This document shows positions 9,428-18,072 of a DNA stretch of 64,000 nt, piece by piece. Location: NCBI GenBank assembly GCA_023336815.1, contig JAMBLJ010000105.1:4141-68140 (forward strand). Reading direction: 5' to 3'. Origin of the DNA: Actinomycetes bacterium. GTDB lineage: Bacteria > Actinomycetota > Acidimicrobiia > Spongiisociales > UBA5794. A program made the position numbers and the translations under genes. Under the pieces are notes generated by a model. It had not been told where the DNA came from. It did no database searches and saw nothing but the letters and a program-made list of their open reading frames with translations. The first letter of the stretch is position 1. Each line of letters starts with the position of its first letter.

Positions 9428-9888
9428 GTTCGTTCCTCTGTGACGCGATGCCATGTGAGCCTCATCACGGGCGCTTCGGGCGCACCGGTTCCAAGGTCTG
9501 AGAGTTCGAGGTCGGTTGTGCCACCCGTATTGTCGATCCAGGCGATGTGTCTGATCTGGGTACCACCCACCCAGTCAGGGAAGAGGCTCAGCTCGACATG
9601 GTGGTGTACCTGGTCTTCGATGACTTCGTAGGTCCCCGCATAGGAGAGATAACCAGCAGCGGCGGTAGCTCGTTCGAGGGCGGTTGCTTCGTTGAACGTT
9701 TTCGTCCCGATCGATTCACGGTCCGATTTCATGAGAGACGCCATCATGCGACCCTCGTTCGTGTACGTGATGAGCCCCTTGGCCCGACCGCGGAAGGGAC
9801 GTGTCACACGACCGTTGTGCATGGTCACTGTCCAGTCGATCAAACGCCAGGTTCCGATGAGGTCGTGCATTGGCGGGACACTACTCAA
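9424..9888 (-). CDS. Lipocalin-like domain protein
   Basis: LIGTWRLIDW...GRAKGLITYTNEGRMMASLMK...YLSYAGTYEV matches the bacterial lipocalin-like (PF13924-type) signature. Confidence 0.6.
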   Translation of the reverse strand: MSSVPPMHDLIGTWRLIDWTVTMHNGRVTRPFRGRAKGLITYTNEGRMMASLMKSDRESIGTKTFNEATALERATAAAGYLSYAGTYEVIEDQVHHHVELSLFPDWVGGTQIRHIAWIDNTGGTTDLELSDLGTGAPEAPVMRLTWHRVTEERT

Positions 9889-9966
9889 GCGGCGGATGCT
9901 GTGGACGTTCCCGGAACATCTGGACGGACTACAAGTCGTGCACCAACCTACCCTCGGTCCTTCGGA

Positions 9967-10806
9967 ATGTTCGGCGGACGATTCGGAGGAAGTGTGAACG
10001 CACGAGCGCTCTCGCTCACGATTGTGGCGTTCCTCCTCGGCGCTCTCGCCGCGGGAGGTATCGGTGTGCGCGTCATCCGTGAGGTGCGAACCGACCCCGA
10101 TGCAACATCGTTGCCACTGTCGAACATCACGCCCGAAACGAAACGTCCGGCGTTCTACCAGGTCGATCCCAACGAAACCCTTCTGGCATCGACCGCTCTG
10201 ATTCCAGAGAGCGTCGATATCGAGGACGAGACGTTGCGGATCACCTACGACCTCATCTCACTTGCTCCACAACATGGTGCTGAGAGCGGAGCCGGTACCA
10301 GCAACGATATCGCTGTGGTGTATCCCAGGACATGGGTCGTATTGACGAGATCTGGATCTGTCGCGGAAGCCACAGCGGCCCTCGGATCGAGATTCGTTCA
10401 ATTCGATGTCGACCAGGGAACCGAGGTGAGCGATATCGTTTCCGTCAGCATCACAGAGGCATCAGCTCCGTATCCCATCGAGATCCCGTTCACGTTGAGC
10501 AAGTCTTCGTCTGTGGTGGACCTCGGCTTCGGTGCAACGGCTGAACTCGTCGAGGTGGTCGTCGACGGTTCCACGACCGTCGTGCACGTTGTTGTCACAA
10601 GCAGCGACGAACGGCCGTCTGACCTATCTATCTCGGCGATCGATCCTCGCTGGACTACAACGGTCTCTAGCGGTGCAACGGGAGAATCCGTGACCCTGCG
10701 TTGGAACGACGGTCAACCACCTGACGACATCCGCCTCCGAGCTTTCGGCAGCGTCATGGTTCCTATCGGTGGGGAGTTCTCCGTGTTCCTGGATGATCTG
10801 CAATGA
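9967..10806 (+). CDS. Single-pass membrane protein, extracytoplasmic beta-rich domain (hypothetical; paralogous architecture to next gene)
   Basis: Short N-terminal tail, TM LSLTIVAFLLGALAAGGIGV, then a ~230-aa S/T/V-rich domain. An alternative GTG 9994 follows GGAGGA. The stop overlaps the next start (ATGA). Confidence 0.55.
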   Translation: MFGGRFGGSVNARALSLTIVAFLLGALAAGGIGVRVIREVRTDPDATSLPLSNITPETKRPAFYQVDPNETLLASTALIPESVDIEDETLRITYDLISLAPQHGAESGAGTSNDIAVVYPRTWVVLTRSGSVAEATAALGSRFVQFDVDQGTEVSDIVSVSITEASAPYPIEIPFTLSKSSSVVDLGFGATAELVEVVVDGSTTVVHVVVTSSDERPSDLSISAIDPRWTTTVSSGATGESVTLRWNDGQPPDDIRLRAFGSVMVPIGGEFSVFLDDLQ

Positions 10807-11780
10807 ACGGTTCCCCGACTGGCGCCGGTAGCGAGGATCCTGCGATCTCTATGGACGTATTCGATAGCAGCCGACCAGAGGGCGAGTCAGAGATACCTTG
10901 GAAGATCCCCGTCGCATCAGCGATTGTCGGTGCGCTGGCCGTGGCCATCTTCGTCATCTATGCGATCGTCGTGGGTCCGACAGCCGAAGACGTCTCGGAG
11001 GCCGATTCAGGGACGCCTGGTGTGGTTACACCTGAACCATCGGACATACTCCCCGATGGCTATCTACGAGTTACCGATCAGATCGGAGCCAGGGTTGAAT
11101 CGGTCGAGGTCTCATCACCCGGGTCCGTTGTAGCGGTTTCCACCGCTGTTCCCGGTTCGGTCGATCCGGTCGAGATTCCACCACTTGACGTAGCGTATTG
11201 GGAGATCGTCACGCCCGAAGGATCAACACCGATGCACAAGCAGTATCGACGACCTGGCCTTGCAGGAACCGACGGCGGGTACGTCTCTGTTGCCTTTCCG
11301 CAAGGTCTCATCCCGAGCGATGGCGAATTGACCGTCTACGTGGTCAGGTCTGTCAAGACACAGACGACGAATATCGACGTGCCGTCTGAGGTCCAGGGTA
11401 CGATCACCGATCTTCGTATCGATCTGGGCGATGGTCGCTCGGTCGTGGTGGATTCGATGGTCATCGCCCCGGGCGGCGGATCGGTGGCGTGGCGTACCGA
11501 AGGCGGCATGACCGCACGGGTCGATGCGGTCGTGACGCTCATCACAACGGACGGCACTGCTGTGACGCTGACCCCGGAGTACACATCGGCATACGACGAT
11601 GCGTTGCTTGGATCTGATGCTGTCCCGTTGCCGTATCAGTTCCAGTCGGAATACCGCCTTGTGAGCGACCGGGACGGTGATAGAGACATCGATGTGACCG
11701 CTGTATCAGTGGAGCTCCGCATCACGAGTGTCTCTGGTGTCGAGGACCCGGTCGCACTCTCGATGGACCTCGGTTCTTGA
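10803..11780 (+). CDS. Single-pass membrane protein, extracytoplasmic beta-rich domain (hypothetical)
   Basis: ATGA-coupled to the previous gene. Cytoplasmic tail, TM VASAIVGALAVAIFVIYAIVVG, then a ~270-aa S/T/V/D-rich domain. Confidence 0.6.
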   Translation: MNGSPTGAGSEDPAISMDVFDSSRPEGESEIPWKIPVASAIVGALAVAIFVIYAIVVGPTAEDVSEADSGTPGVVTPEPSDILPDGYLRVTDQIGARVESVEVSSPGSVVAVSTAVPGSVDPVEIPPLDVAYWEIVTPEGSTPMHKQYRRPGLAGTDGGYVSVAFPQGLIPSDGELTVYVVRSVKTQTTNIDVPSEVQGTITDLRIDLGDGRSVVVDSMVIAPGGGSVAWRTEGGMTARVDAVVTLITTDGTAVTLTPEYTSAYDDALLGSDAVPLPYQFQSEYRLVSDRDGDRDIDVTAVSVELRITSVSGVEDPVALSMDLGS

Positions 11781-11864
11781 GACCCACATCTCGAACGTCG
11801 GCGGAGGCGCCACTATTGTGATGGTGAACTTTCGATCGACAACCACTGTCTAGAGGGAGCCCGC

Positions 11865-13304
11865 GTGTTCGATTCCGCTCAACTGGCTGTTCAAGGTGCA
11901 CTCGACGCCGGGGCGTCATACGCCGACGCCAGATTCGTGATCTCCCGATCAGAGACTATCGATGTTCAGGATCAGAACCTGACCCAACTCGATCATTCAG
12001 AGCAAGCTGGAATCGGTGTCAGAGCACTCATCGGGTCGTCGTGGGGTTTCGCAGCGACAGCTGACATGAGCCATGAGGCTGTGCGCGAGGTGGGCGAACG
12101 AGCAGCAGCGATCGCGGAGGCATCGGCCCTCGTCCCTGGCCCGCCGATGGAGTTCGCCGATGTTCCCGTTCACGACACTTCATGGTCGACCCCGGTGAGC
12201 GAGGATCCTTTCGAGGTACCGCTCTCGGAGAAGGTCGACATGCTGATCGCCGTGACGAAGACGCTCCAGAGTGTCGAGGGTGTCGGGGTCGCCACAGGAA
12301 GTCTGGCTTTCTGGGACACAGAGAAGTGGTTCATTTCTTCGAACGGACACAGGATTCACCAACACCTTGTCGAGTCGGGTGGCGGGTTCAGCGCGACGGC
12401 CATAGGCGAGAACGAAACACAGATCAGGTCGTATCCCCAGTCGTTCGGCCAGTTCGAAACGGGCGGATATGAGACCGTCCGGGCATGGGACTACGAGGCC
12501 AACGCTCTAAGGATCGCGGAGGAGGCCGTTGCCCTCCTGTCAGCTGACGAGATGGAGGAGCGAGAGACCTCACTGATCCTCGAGGGGTCACAGCTTGCGC
12601 TCCAGATCCACGAATCCGTGGGGCATGCGATCGAGCTCGACAGGATCCTCGGGTGGGAGGCAGCTTTTGCAGGAACGAGTCACCTCGACCTCCAAAAGTT
12701 GGGTACGCATCGCTACGGCTCGGAGCTCATGAATATCACAGCTGATGCGACGCTCCCAGGGGCACTCGGCACGTTCGGATACGACGATGAGGGGACGCCA
12801 GCCCAAAGCGTCGACATCGTCGATGAGGGAAGATGGGTCGGCGTGTTGTCTGGCAGGGACTCCGCTGCGATCGCAGGGTTACCTCCTGGAGGAATGGTGC
12901 GTGGAGACGGGTTCAATCGTCTCCCCATGGTTCGGATGACCAACGTTGGTTTGCTGCCAGGCACGGGGACTCTCGAGGAGATCATCGCTGATACGGACGA
13001 GGGGGTGTACATGTCGACGAATCGATCCTGGTCGATCGACGATCGACGGCTCAACTTCCAGTTCGGAACAGAGATCGCATGGGAGATCAAGAACGGCAAG
13101 ATCGGAAGGATGCTCAAGAACCCGACGTATACGGGAATCACGCCACAGTTCTGGGGCAGCCTCGACCGACTTGCGGGGGAGTCGGAGCAGGTTCACTGGG
13201 GTACACCGAACTGTGGGAAAGGGCAACCGGAACAGGTCGCGCATACCGGACACTCCGCTTCGCCAGGCCGCTTTGCCAACGTACGCGTGGGGGTGAAGGG
13301 ATGA
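11865..13304 (+). CDS. tldD: TldD metalloprotease (PmbA/TldD family)
   Basis: GAGGGAG RBS then GTG 11865. HExxxH-type QIHESVGHAIELDRI and the GxC/GTPNCGKGQP C-terminal motif typical of TldD. Confidence 0.85.
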   Translation: MFDSAQLAVQGALDAGASYADARFVISRSETIDVQDQNLTQLDHSEQAGIGVRALIGSSWGFAATADMSHEAVREVGERAAAIAEASALVPGPPMEFADVPVHDTSWSTPVSEDPFEVPLSEKVDMLIAVTKTLQSVEGVGVATGSLAFWDTEKWFISSNGHRIHQHLVESGGGFSATAIGENETQIRSYPQSFGQFETGGYETVRAWDYEANALRIAEEAVALLSADEMEERETSLILEGSQLALQIHESVGHAIELDRILGWEAAFAGTSHLDLQKLGTHRYGSELMNITADATLPGALGTFGYDDEGTPAQSVDIVDEGRWVGVLSGRDSAAIAGLPPGGMVRGDGFNRLPMVRMTNVGLLPGTGTLEEIIADTDEGVYMSTNRSWSIDDRRLNFQFGTEIAWEIKNGKIGRMLKNPTYTGITPQFWGSLDRLAGESEQVHWGTPNCGKGQPEQVAHTGHSASPGRFANVRVGVKG

Positions 13305-14632
13305 GGACCGCACGCTTTCTCGCAGATGAGGTCCTCACGATGGTGAACAGCGACGTCGATGCCGAGGTGTACATAGATACGGGTTCGTCATCCCTGACCC
13401 GGTTTGCGAACTCCTTCATCCACCAGAATGTGTCGGAGGATGCATCCGAGATCACCCTGCGCGTCGCTGTGGACGGTCGGGTTTCGAGTGCGACAACGAC
13501 GGTATCTACAGACGATTCGCTGCGCAGCTTCGTCGATGCCACTATCGAGACGGCATCGAAGCAGCCGGCCGACAAGGAGTGGGCCGGTGTTGGCCCACCG
13601 GTCGAGATCCCCGATGTCGAGCACTGGGATGATGCAACGGCGAACGCTGATCCTCTCCAACGTGCAGAGGTAGTGAAGGCTTTCGTCGACGCGGGTGACG
13701 GTCTCAGCGCCGCTGGGTATTGCCAGACAGAGGCACGGACCCATGCGTACGCCAACTCCGCCGGTCGAGTGGCTGAGGGACGGTTCACGACGGCGGTAGT
13801 CGACGGCATCCACCAAACAGGTACATCAGCCGGGTCCGGTCATGCCGCTGGATCGACCCTGCGTACACTCGACGCTGCTGCGCTTGGCAGGCTGGCCTCA
13901 CAGCGAGCGCGGGACAGTGCGGCGCCTTTCGATGCGAAGCCCGGCGACTATCAGGTGATCCTGTCACCCGAATGTATTGCCACCATTGCGGTCTTCCTCG
14001 ACGCCTACGGCTTCAGTGCGAAGGTCGCCCAGGAGGGGATGTCGTTCGCACGAATCGGAGAGCAGCAGTTCGATAGATCGATCAACATCTGGGACGACGC
14101 GACGGACTCCGAAGCGCTGTACGTACCGTTCGACTTCGAAGGTACGCCAAAGGAACGGGTCGATCTGGTTCGATCGGGCGTCGTTTCGTCGCTTCTGCAC
14201 AGCCGCCGGACTGCGGCCAAGGACAAGACAGCTTCGACGGGGAGTGCCATCCCTGGCGGAGATGTGTTCGGACCCTTCGGCGTGAACATGTTCGTTGGTG
14301 GTGGGGACCGGTCTGTCGAATCGCTGATCTCGTCTGTGGATCGTGGCATCTTCGTCTCGACGTTCAACTATTGCAGGGTGCTTGATCCGAAGACACTTGT
14401 CGTCACCGGACTCACGAGAAATGGGACGTTCATGATCGAGAATGGTCAACTAGCGGATGCGGTCACCAACCTGCGATTCACCCAGTCGTTCATCGATGCG
14501 ATCGGGCCAGGCAAGGTCGGTGGTATCGGGAACGACCAGCGTCACGCCGACTCCGAATTCGGTCCGATGCTCGTCCACGCCCCATCCATGCATCTCAAGG
14601 CATGGAACTTCACCGGTGGAGCGGACGGCTGA
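13301..14632 (+). CDS. pmbA: TldE/PmbA metalloprotease partner subunit
   Basis: ATGA overlap with tldD. PmbA_TldD fold without HExxH, i.e. the TldE-type partner; this pairing is conserved in the family. Confidence 0.8.
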   Translation: MRTARFLADEVLTMVNSDVDAEVYIDTGSSSLTRFANSFIHQNVSEDASEITLRVAVDGRVSSATTTVSTDDSLRSFVDATIETASKQPADKEWAGVGPPVEIPDVEHWDDATANADPLQRAEVVKAFVDAGDGLSAAGYCQTEARTHAYANSAGRVAEGRFTTAVVDGIHQTGTSAGSGHAAGSTLRTLDAAALGRLASQRARDSAAPFDAKPGDYQVILSPECIATIAVFLDAYGFSAKVAQEGMSFARIGEQQFDRSINIWDDATDSEALYVPFDFEGTPKERVDLVRSGVVSSLLHSRRTAAKDKTASTGSAIPGGDVFGPFGVNMFVGGGDRSVESLISSVDRGIFVSTFNYCRVLDPKTLVVTGLTRNGTFMIENGQLADAVTNLRFTQSFIDAIGPGKVGGIGNDQRHADSEFGPMLVHAPSMHLKAWNFTGGADG

Positions 14633-14853
14633 TGGGAATCCTCGGGGAATTCGTGTCCGCTGGTCTGTTCATCAACCGTGACGAAGCGGAAACTGCCTGG
14701 GACTACCTCGCACAGGCTGGCATACCCGCCACCGTCATCGTGGATCCCGGACTCCTCGGCAAGTACTCCGTCTCCGTCGAGGTCGATCGCAAGAACCTCG
14801 ACCAAGCCATCGAGATCCTCAAAGCAGCAGCACACCCACCGACCTCGACCTGA
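14632..14853 (+). CDS. DUF2007 small signal-transducing-like protein (PII-like fold)
   Basis: TGATG coupling to pmbA. The 73-aa product LGEFVSAGLFINRDEAETAWDYLAQAGIPATVIVDPGL...SVEVDRKNLDQAIEIL fits the DUF2007 pattern. Confidence 0.6.
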   Translation: MGILGEFVSAGLFINRDEAETAWDYLAQAGIPATVIVDPGLLGKYSVSVEVDRKNLDQAIEILKAAAHPPTST

Positions 14854-14872
14854 GACCTCGGACGTCCGCCTG

Positions 14873-14903
14873 GTGTCTGTCGTCTGACATCTGCTGTCTG
14901 TCT
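14873..14903. repeat. Dispersed intergenic repeat, copy R3 (TGTCTGTCGTCTGACATCTGCTGTCTGTC)
   Basis: Shares TGTCTGTCGTCTG with R2 and CTGTCTG/CAGACA units with the other copies. Confidence 0.6.
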
Positions 14904-14913
14904 ACAACAACAA

Positions 14914-14935
14914 CGCCCCCTCTGAGGAGGGGGCG
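14914..14935. terminator. Bidirectional intrinsic terminator hairpin CGCCCCCTC-tgag-GAGGGGGCG
   Basis: Perfect 9-bp GC stem with a 4-nt loop between convergent genes (DUF2007 stop 14853, trxA stop 14957). TTTTTGTT follows ~15 nt after on plus; TTGTTGTTGT follows immediately on minus. Confidence 0.7.
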
Positions 14936-14956
14936 CTGTTGCGGAGGAACTTTTTG

Positions 14957-15346
14957 TTATACGTCTGAGGTTGCTTCTTCAGCTGCTTCCTCTTCCGAGG
15001 CGATCTCCTTGCGGATCTCGTCCATGTCAAGGCCCTGGATCTGTTTGATCAGATCCTCGAGCGCTTCAGCCGGCAGGGCACCTGGCTGGGAGAAGATTCC
15101 GACCTGGTCCCTGAAAGCGACCAGTGTCGGAATGGAGCGGATCCCGAAGTTGGAGGCGAGTTCCTGCTCAGCCTCTGTATCGACCTTGGCGAACTTGACG
15201 TTGGGGTACTTCTCGGACATCGCTTCGTATGTCGGTGCGAATGATCGGCAGGGACCACACCACTCGGCCCAGAAGTCGATGAGAACGATGTCGTTTCCCT
15301 CGATGGTCGATTGCAGGGTGTCCTTGGTGATATCAACGGTTGCCAT
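14957..15346 (-). CDS. trxA: Thioredoxin
   Basis: VLIDFWAEWCGPCRSFAPTYE with canonical WCGPC. Start taken at MATVDITKDTL, the typical Trx N-terminus; the ORF-track start is 15 codons further upstream. Confidence 0.9.
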   Translation of the reverse strand: MATVDITKDTLQSTIEGNDIVLIDFWAEWCGPCRSFAPTYEAMSEKYPNVKFAKVDTEAEQELASNFGIRSIPTLVAFRDQVGIFSQPGALPAEALEDLIKQIQGLDMDEIRKEIASEEEAAEEATSDV

Positions 15347-15423
15347 GGTGATGTACTCCGGTCTCTTGGTATTCGGGTGTTTCAACACCACGGAGGAGAG
15401 GTCTATTCCTCCTGGGATGATAC

Positions 15424-15435
15424 ACCCCCGGGGGT
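15424..15435. promoter_or_regulatory. Perfect 12-bp palindrome ACCCCCGGGGGT in the trxA/ccmA divergent intergenic region
   Basis: Seen directly. It lies in the 141-nt gap between divergent trxA (start 15346) and ccmA (GTG 15488). The nearby IR GGAGGA..TCCTCC (15392-15416) lies just outside the trxA start. Confidence 0.4.
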
Positions 15436-15487
15436 ATAGTGGCGGAGCGAAAGTTCAAGACTACGGAGTTGGTCATAGACTTGCAGT

Positions 15488-16132
15488 GTGGTTGAAAACG
15501 GGACCATCGTAAGCCTTCAGGACATCTCGGTACGGGCAGGTGCAACACACATCCTGCGCAATGTCATATTGAACGTTCAACCGGGTGAGGCAGTCGGTGT
15601 CTTCGGTGCCAACGGTGCTGGAAAGACGACACTGTTACGGCTTCTTGCGACGCTCCTGAAACCTGCCTCAGGCTCCGGTGTCGTCCTCGGCGCTGATCTC
15701 AACAATGACGAGCGGTACGAGGTACGACACAGGATCGGATACATCGGTCACGTACCAGGTCTGTATCCAGAGATGACCCTCGACGAGAACCTGTCGTTCA
15801 TCGCAACGGCGATGGGGATCGATGGCGCGGCGGTCGCGTCGAGTCTTGCGGCCGTTGGTTTGGCCGGCGCAGCCGATCGCCGTGCCGAGGTGTGTAGCCA
15901 CGGGATGCAGCGCCGAGCCGAGTTCGCACGCATTCTCATGGCCCAACCGGAGTTTCTTCTCCTCGACGAACCTCACTCTGCCCTCGATGGTTCTGCGGTC
16001 GATCTTGTCGACGATCTCGTTCGTCAGACAATCGAGGCAGGCGGCGCTGCCGTACTCGTATCCCACGATCGAAGCCGTGTCGATGATCTTGCGACGTTCA
16101 GCGTTGAGATCGCCGGTGGAACCCTCTCATGA
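15488..16132 (+). CDS. ccmA: Heme exporter ATP-binding protein CcmA (ABC ATPase)
   Basis: GTG start. Walker A GANGAGKTT, ABC signature SHGMQRR, Walker B LLLDEP. It is the first gene of the ccm operon. Confidence 0.85.
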   Translation: MVENGTIVSLQDISVRAGATHILRNVILNVQPGEAVGVFGANGAGKTTLLRLLATLLKPASGSGVVLGADLNNDERYEVRHRIGYIGHVPGLYPEMTLDENLSFIATAMGIDGAAVASSLAAVGLAGAADRRAEVCSHGMQRRAEFARILMAQPEFLLLDEPHSALDGSAVDLVDDLVRQTIEAGGAAVLVSHDRSRVDDLATFSVEIAGGTLS

Positions 16133-16800
16133 GAACCACTTTTCGTACCCAGGCGATGGCGATCACCAAGAGGGACCTCATGCGTGAGCGTCGGTCCGGA
16201 GAGGTGCTGTGGGTCACGCTCCCGTTCGGAGCGATAGCCCTCCTTCTCATCCCGATAGCGATCGGTACGGATCGACCGACCCTCAGGGCCATCGGTATCG
16301 GATTGTTCTGGGTGATCGTCATGCTATTCGGTGTGCTCATCGCAGTGAGACAGGCGCACACAGAAACGCAGGCACAGCGCGATGTTGTTGCGTTGGCTGG
16401 AATCGATCCAGCAGCCGGGTACGTCGGCAGAGCACTTGCCAGCTTCTTCCTTCTGATCGGATTCGAGGCCGTTCTGGCTGTCGTGACCGTGGCGCTGTAT
16501 GACGTTCCCCTTGACGGTTGGATCTGGATGCCTCTCGTGATGGTCCTCGTTGGTGCGGGTCTCTCTCTGCTCGGAACGCTCGCTGCCAGCATCGTGTCGA
16601 CCGGTCGCTCGGCCTCCGCGCTCGTGCCGCTTCTCGTGGCCCCGCTTTCGGTACCGTTGCTGATCGGAGCGACGCAGACCTTTGAGGCCTTACGCCTCGG
16701 GCGGAGTAGCCTTACGTGGACGCTCATGATGACCATCGTCGTACTGCTGCTAGCAATAGCAGGGGTGCTGTCAGCACGAACACTTCAGGAGTCAGGATGA
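16129..16800 (+). CDS. ccmB: Heme exporter membrane protein CcmB
   Basis: ATGA-coupled to ccmA. Polytopic ~220-aa membrane protein, the CcmB size and position. Confidence 0.75.
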   Translation: MRTTFRTQAMAITKRDLMRERRSGEVLWVTLPFGAIALLLIPIAIGTDRPTLRAIGIGLFWVIVMLFGVLIAVRQAHTETQAQRDVVALAGIDPAAGYVGRALASFFLLIGFEAVLAVVTVALYDVPLDGWIWMPLVMVLVGAGLSLLGTLAASIVSTGRSASALVPLLVAPLSVPLLIGATQTFEALRLGRSSLTWTLMMTIVVLLLAIAGVLSARTLQESG

Positions 16801-17534
16801 CAACGTTGGAACGGAATCCGTCCTCGGTCTGGCCATGGATCGTGATGGCTGTTGCAGGTCTTGTCACGTTCGTCGCGGCGATGTCGGTGTCGCCGGACGC
16901 GGTTCAAGGTCAACTATCACGGATCATGTACGTCCACGTTCCTTCCGCCTGGTTGGCATATCTCTCGTTCGGCGTAACGATGTTCGCTTCAGCCATGTAT
17001 CTGTGGAAGCGTGATCTCGCATGGGACCGCAGAGCCCATTCCTCAGCCGAGATCGGTGTGTTCTTCACCGGTCTTGCGATCAGCCTCGGAATGATCTGGG
17101 GGAAATCGACCTGGGGTGTGTGGTGGACGTGGGATGCACGGCTGACACTGACGGCGATCATGTTCTTCGTATACCTCGGGTACCTCGCTCTTCGTCGTAC
17201 CACCGATGATCTCGATGCCAGAGCGAAGCGGGCCGCGGTGATGGGTGTACTCGCTGTCATCCAGGTGCCGCTCGTGCACTTCTCGGTGATCTGGTGGCAG
17301 ACATTGCACCAGCCGCCCTCCATCATCAAACCTGAGGGCCCCGACATGGACCCGTCGATGGTCGTGACACTGCTCATCTCGGTGTTGAGCTTCACCGTCA
17401 TGTATGCGGCGATGATGTACAAGCGCATCGATCTCGCAAGGATCGAAGATGCCGTGCTCATCGCCGAGCAAACGAACACCGGTCCTGCAGCCGGTGAGGC
17501 TGTTGTCGCCCCCGATCTCTCTGGAGGTTCGTGA
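16797..17534 (+). CDS. ccmC: Heme exporter protein CcmC
   Basis: ATGA-coupled. WWD domain WGKSTWGVWWTWDARLT. Start at MTTLERN; the ORF-track 5' part overlaps ccmB. Confidence 0.85.
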   Translation: MTTLERNPSSVWPWIVMAVAGLVTFVAAMSVSPDAVQGQLSRIMYVHVPSAWLAYLSFGVTMFASAMYLWKRDLAWDRRAHSSAEIGVFFTGLAISLGMIWGKSTWGVWWTWDARLTLTAIMFFVYLGYLALRRTTDDLDARAKRAAVMGVLAVIQVPLVHFSVIWWQTLHQPPSIIKPEGPDMDPSMVVTLLISVLSFTVMYAAMMYKRIDLARIEDAVLIAEQTNTGPAAGEAVVAPDLSGGS

Positions 17535-17665
17535 TGGATATCGCTGTTCAGTGGAACTGGGTCATGTTCGGATACGGCGTTGCGTACGGCGCCCTTGTCC
17601 TGTTCGCGACGTCGATCGCGGTGAGAATCACACGTGCGCAGAAGAGGCTGGGTGGCACGGTATGA
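17534..17665 (+). CDS. ccmD: Heme exporter protein CcmD (43 aa; not in ORF track)
   Basis: TGATG coupling with the ccmC stop. MDIAVQWNWVMFGYGVAYGALVLFATSIAVRITRAQKRLGGTV is a single TM with a basic tail, as in CcmD. Its stop overlaps the ccmE ATG (ATGA). Confidence 0.65.
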   Translation: MDIAVQWNWVMFGYGVAYGALVLFATSIAVRITRAQKRLGGTV

Positions 17666-18072
17666 GGAAGTACGCCAGGTTCATCGTCCCGGCAGGCGTG
17701 ATCGTCATCGCTCTTGGATTCCTGATGGTCAACTTGAGTTCGACACTTGTTTACTTCAATACACCGGCCGAGCTTCAGGCCCGTGATGCAAGCGATGCCA
17801 GGTTGAGGCTCGGTGGGCGCGTGGTTCCAGGATCGGTCGTCGAGGCTGATACAACGGTGGTCTTCCAGGTCGAAGATTGCGACACATCTGTGCAGGTCAT
17901 CCATACGGGTGTACCTCCGCAACTCTTCCAGGAAGGTATCGGCGTCGTCGTCGAGGGGGCCTGGACCGGTGAAGCATTCGAGTCCGACACGATGCTCGTC
18001 AAACACGACGAGGAGTATCGCGTCGATGATGAGGACTACGACAAAGTTGATCACACCTGTTCTGAGTCGTGA
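17662..18072 (+). CDS. ccmE: Cytochrome c-type biogenesis heme chaperone CcmE
   Basis: N-terminal TM, RLRLGGRVVPGSV OB-fold motif, and heme-binding H-x-x-x-Y in LVKHDEEYRV. Confidence 0.85.
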   Translation: MRKYARFIVPAGVIVIALGFLMVNLSSTLVYFNTPAELQARDASDARLRLGGRVVPGSVVEADTTVVFQVEDCDTSVQVIHTGVPPQLFQEGIGVVVEGAWTGEAFESDTMLVKHDEEYRVDDEDYDKVDHTCSES

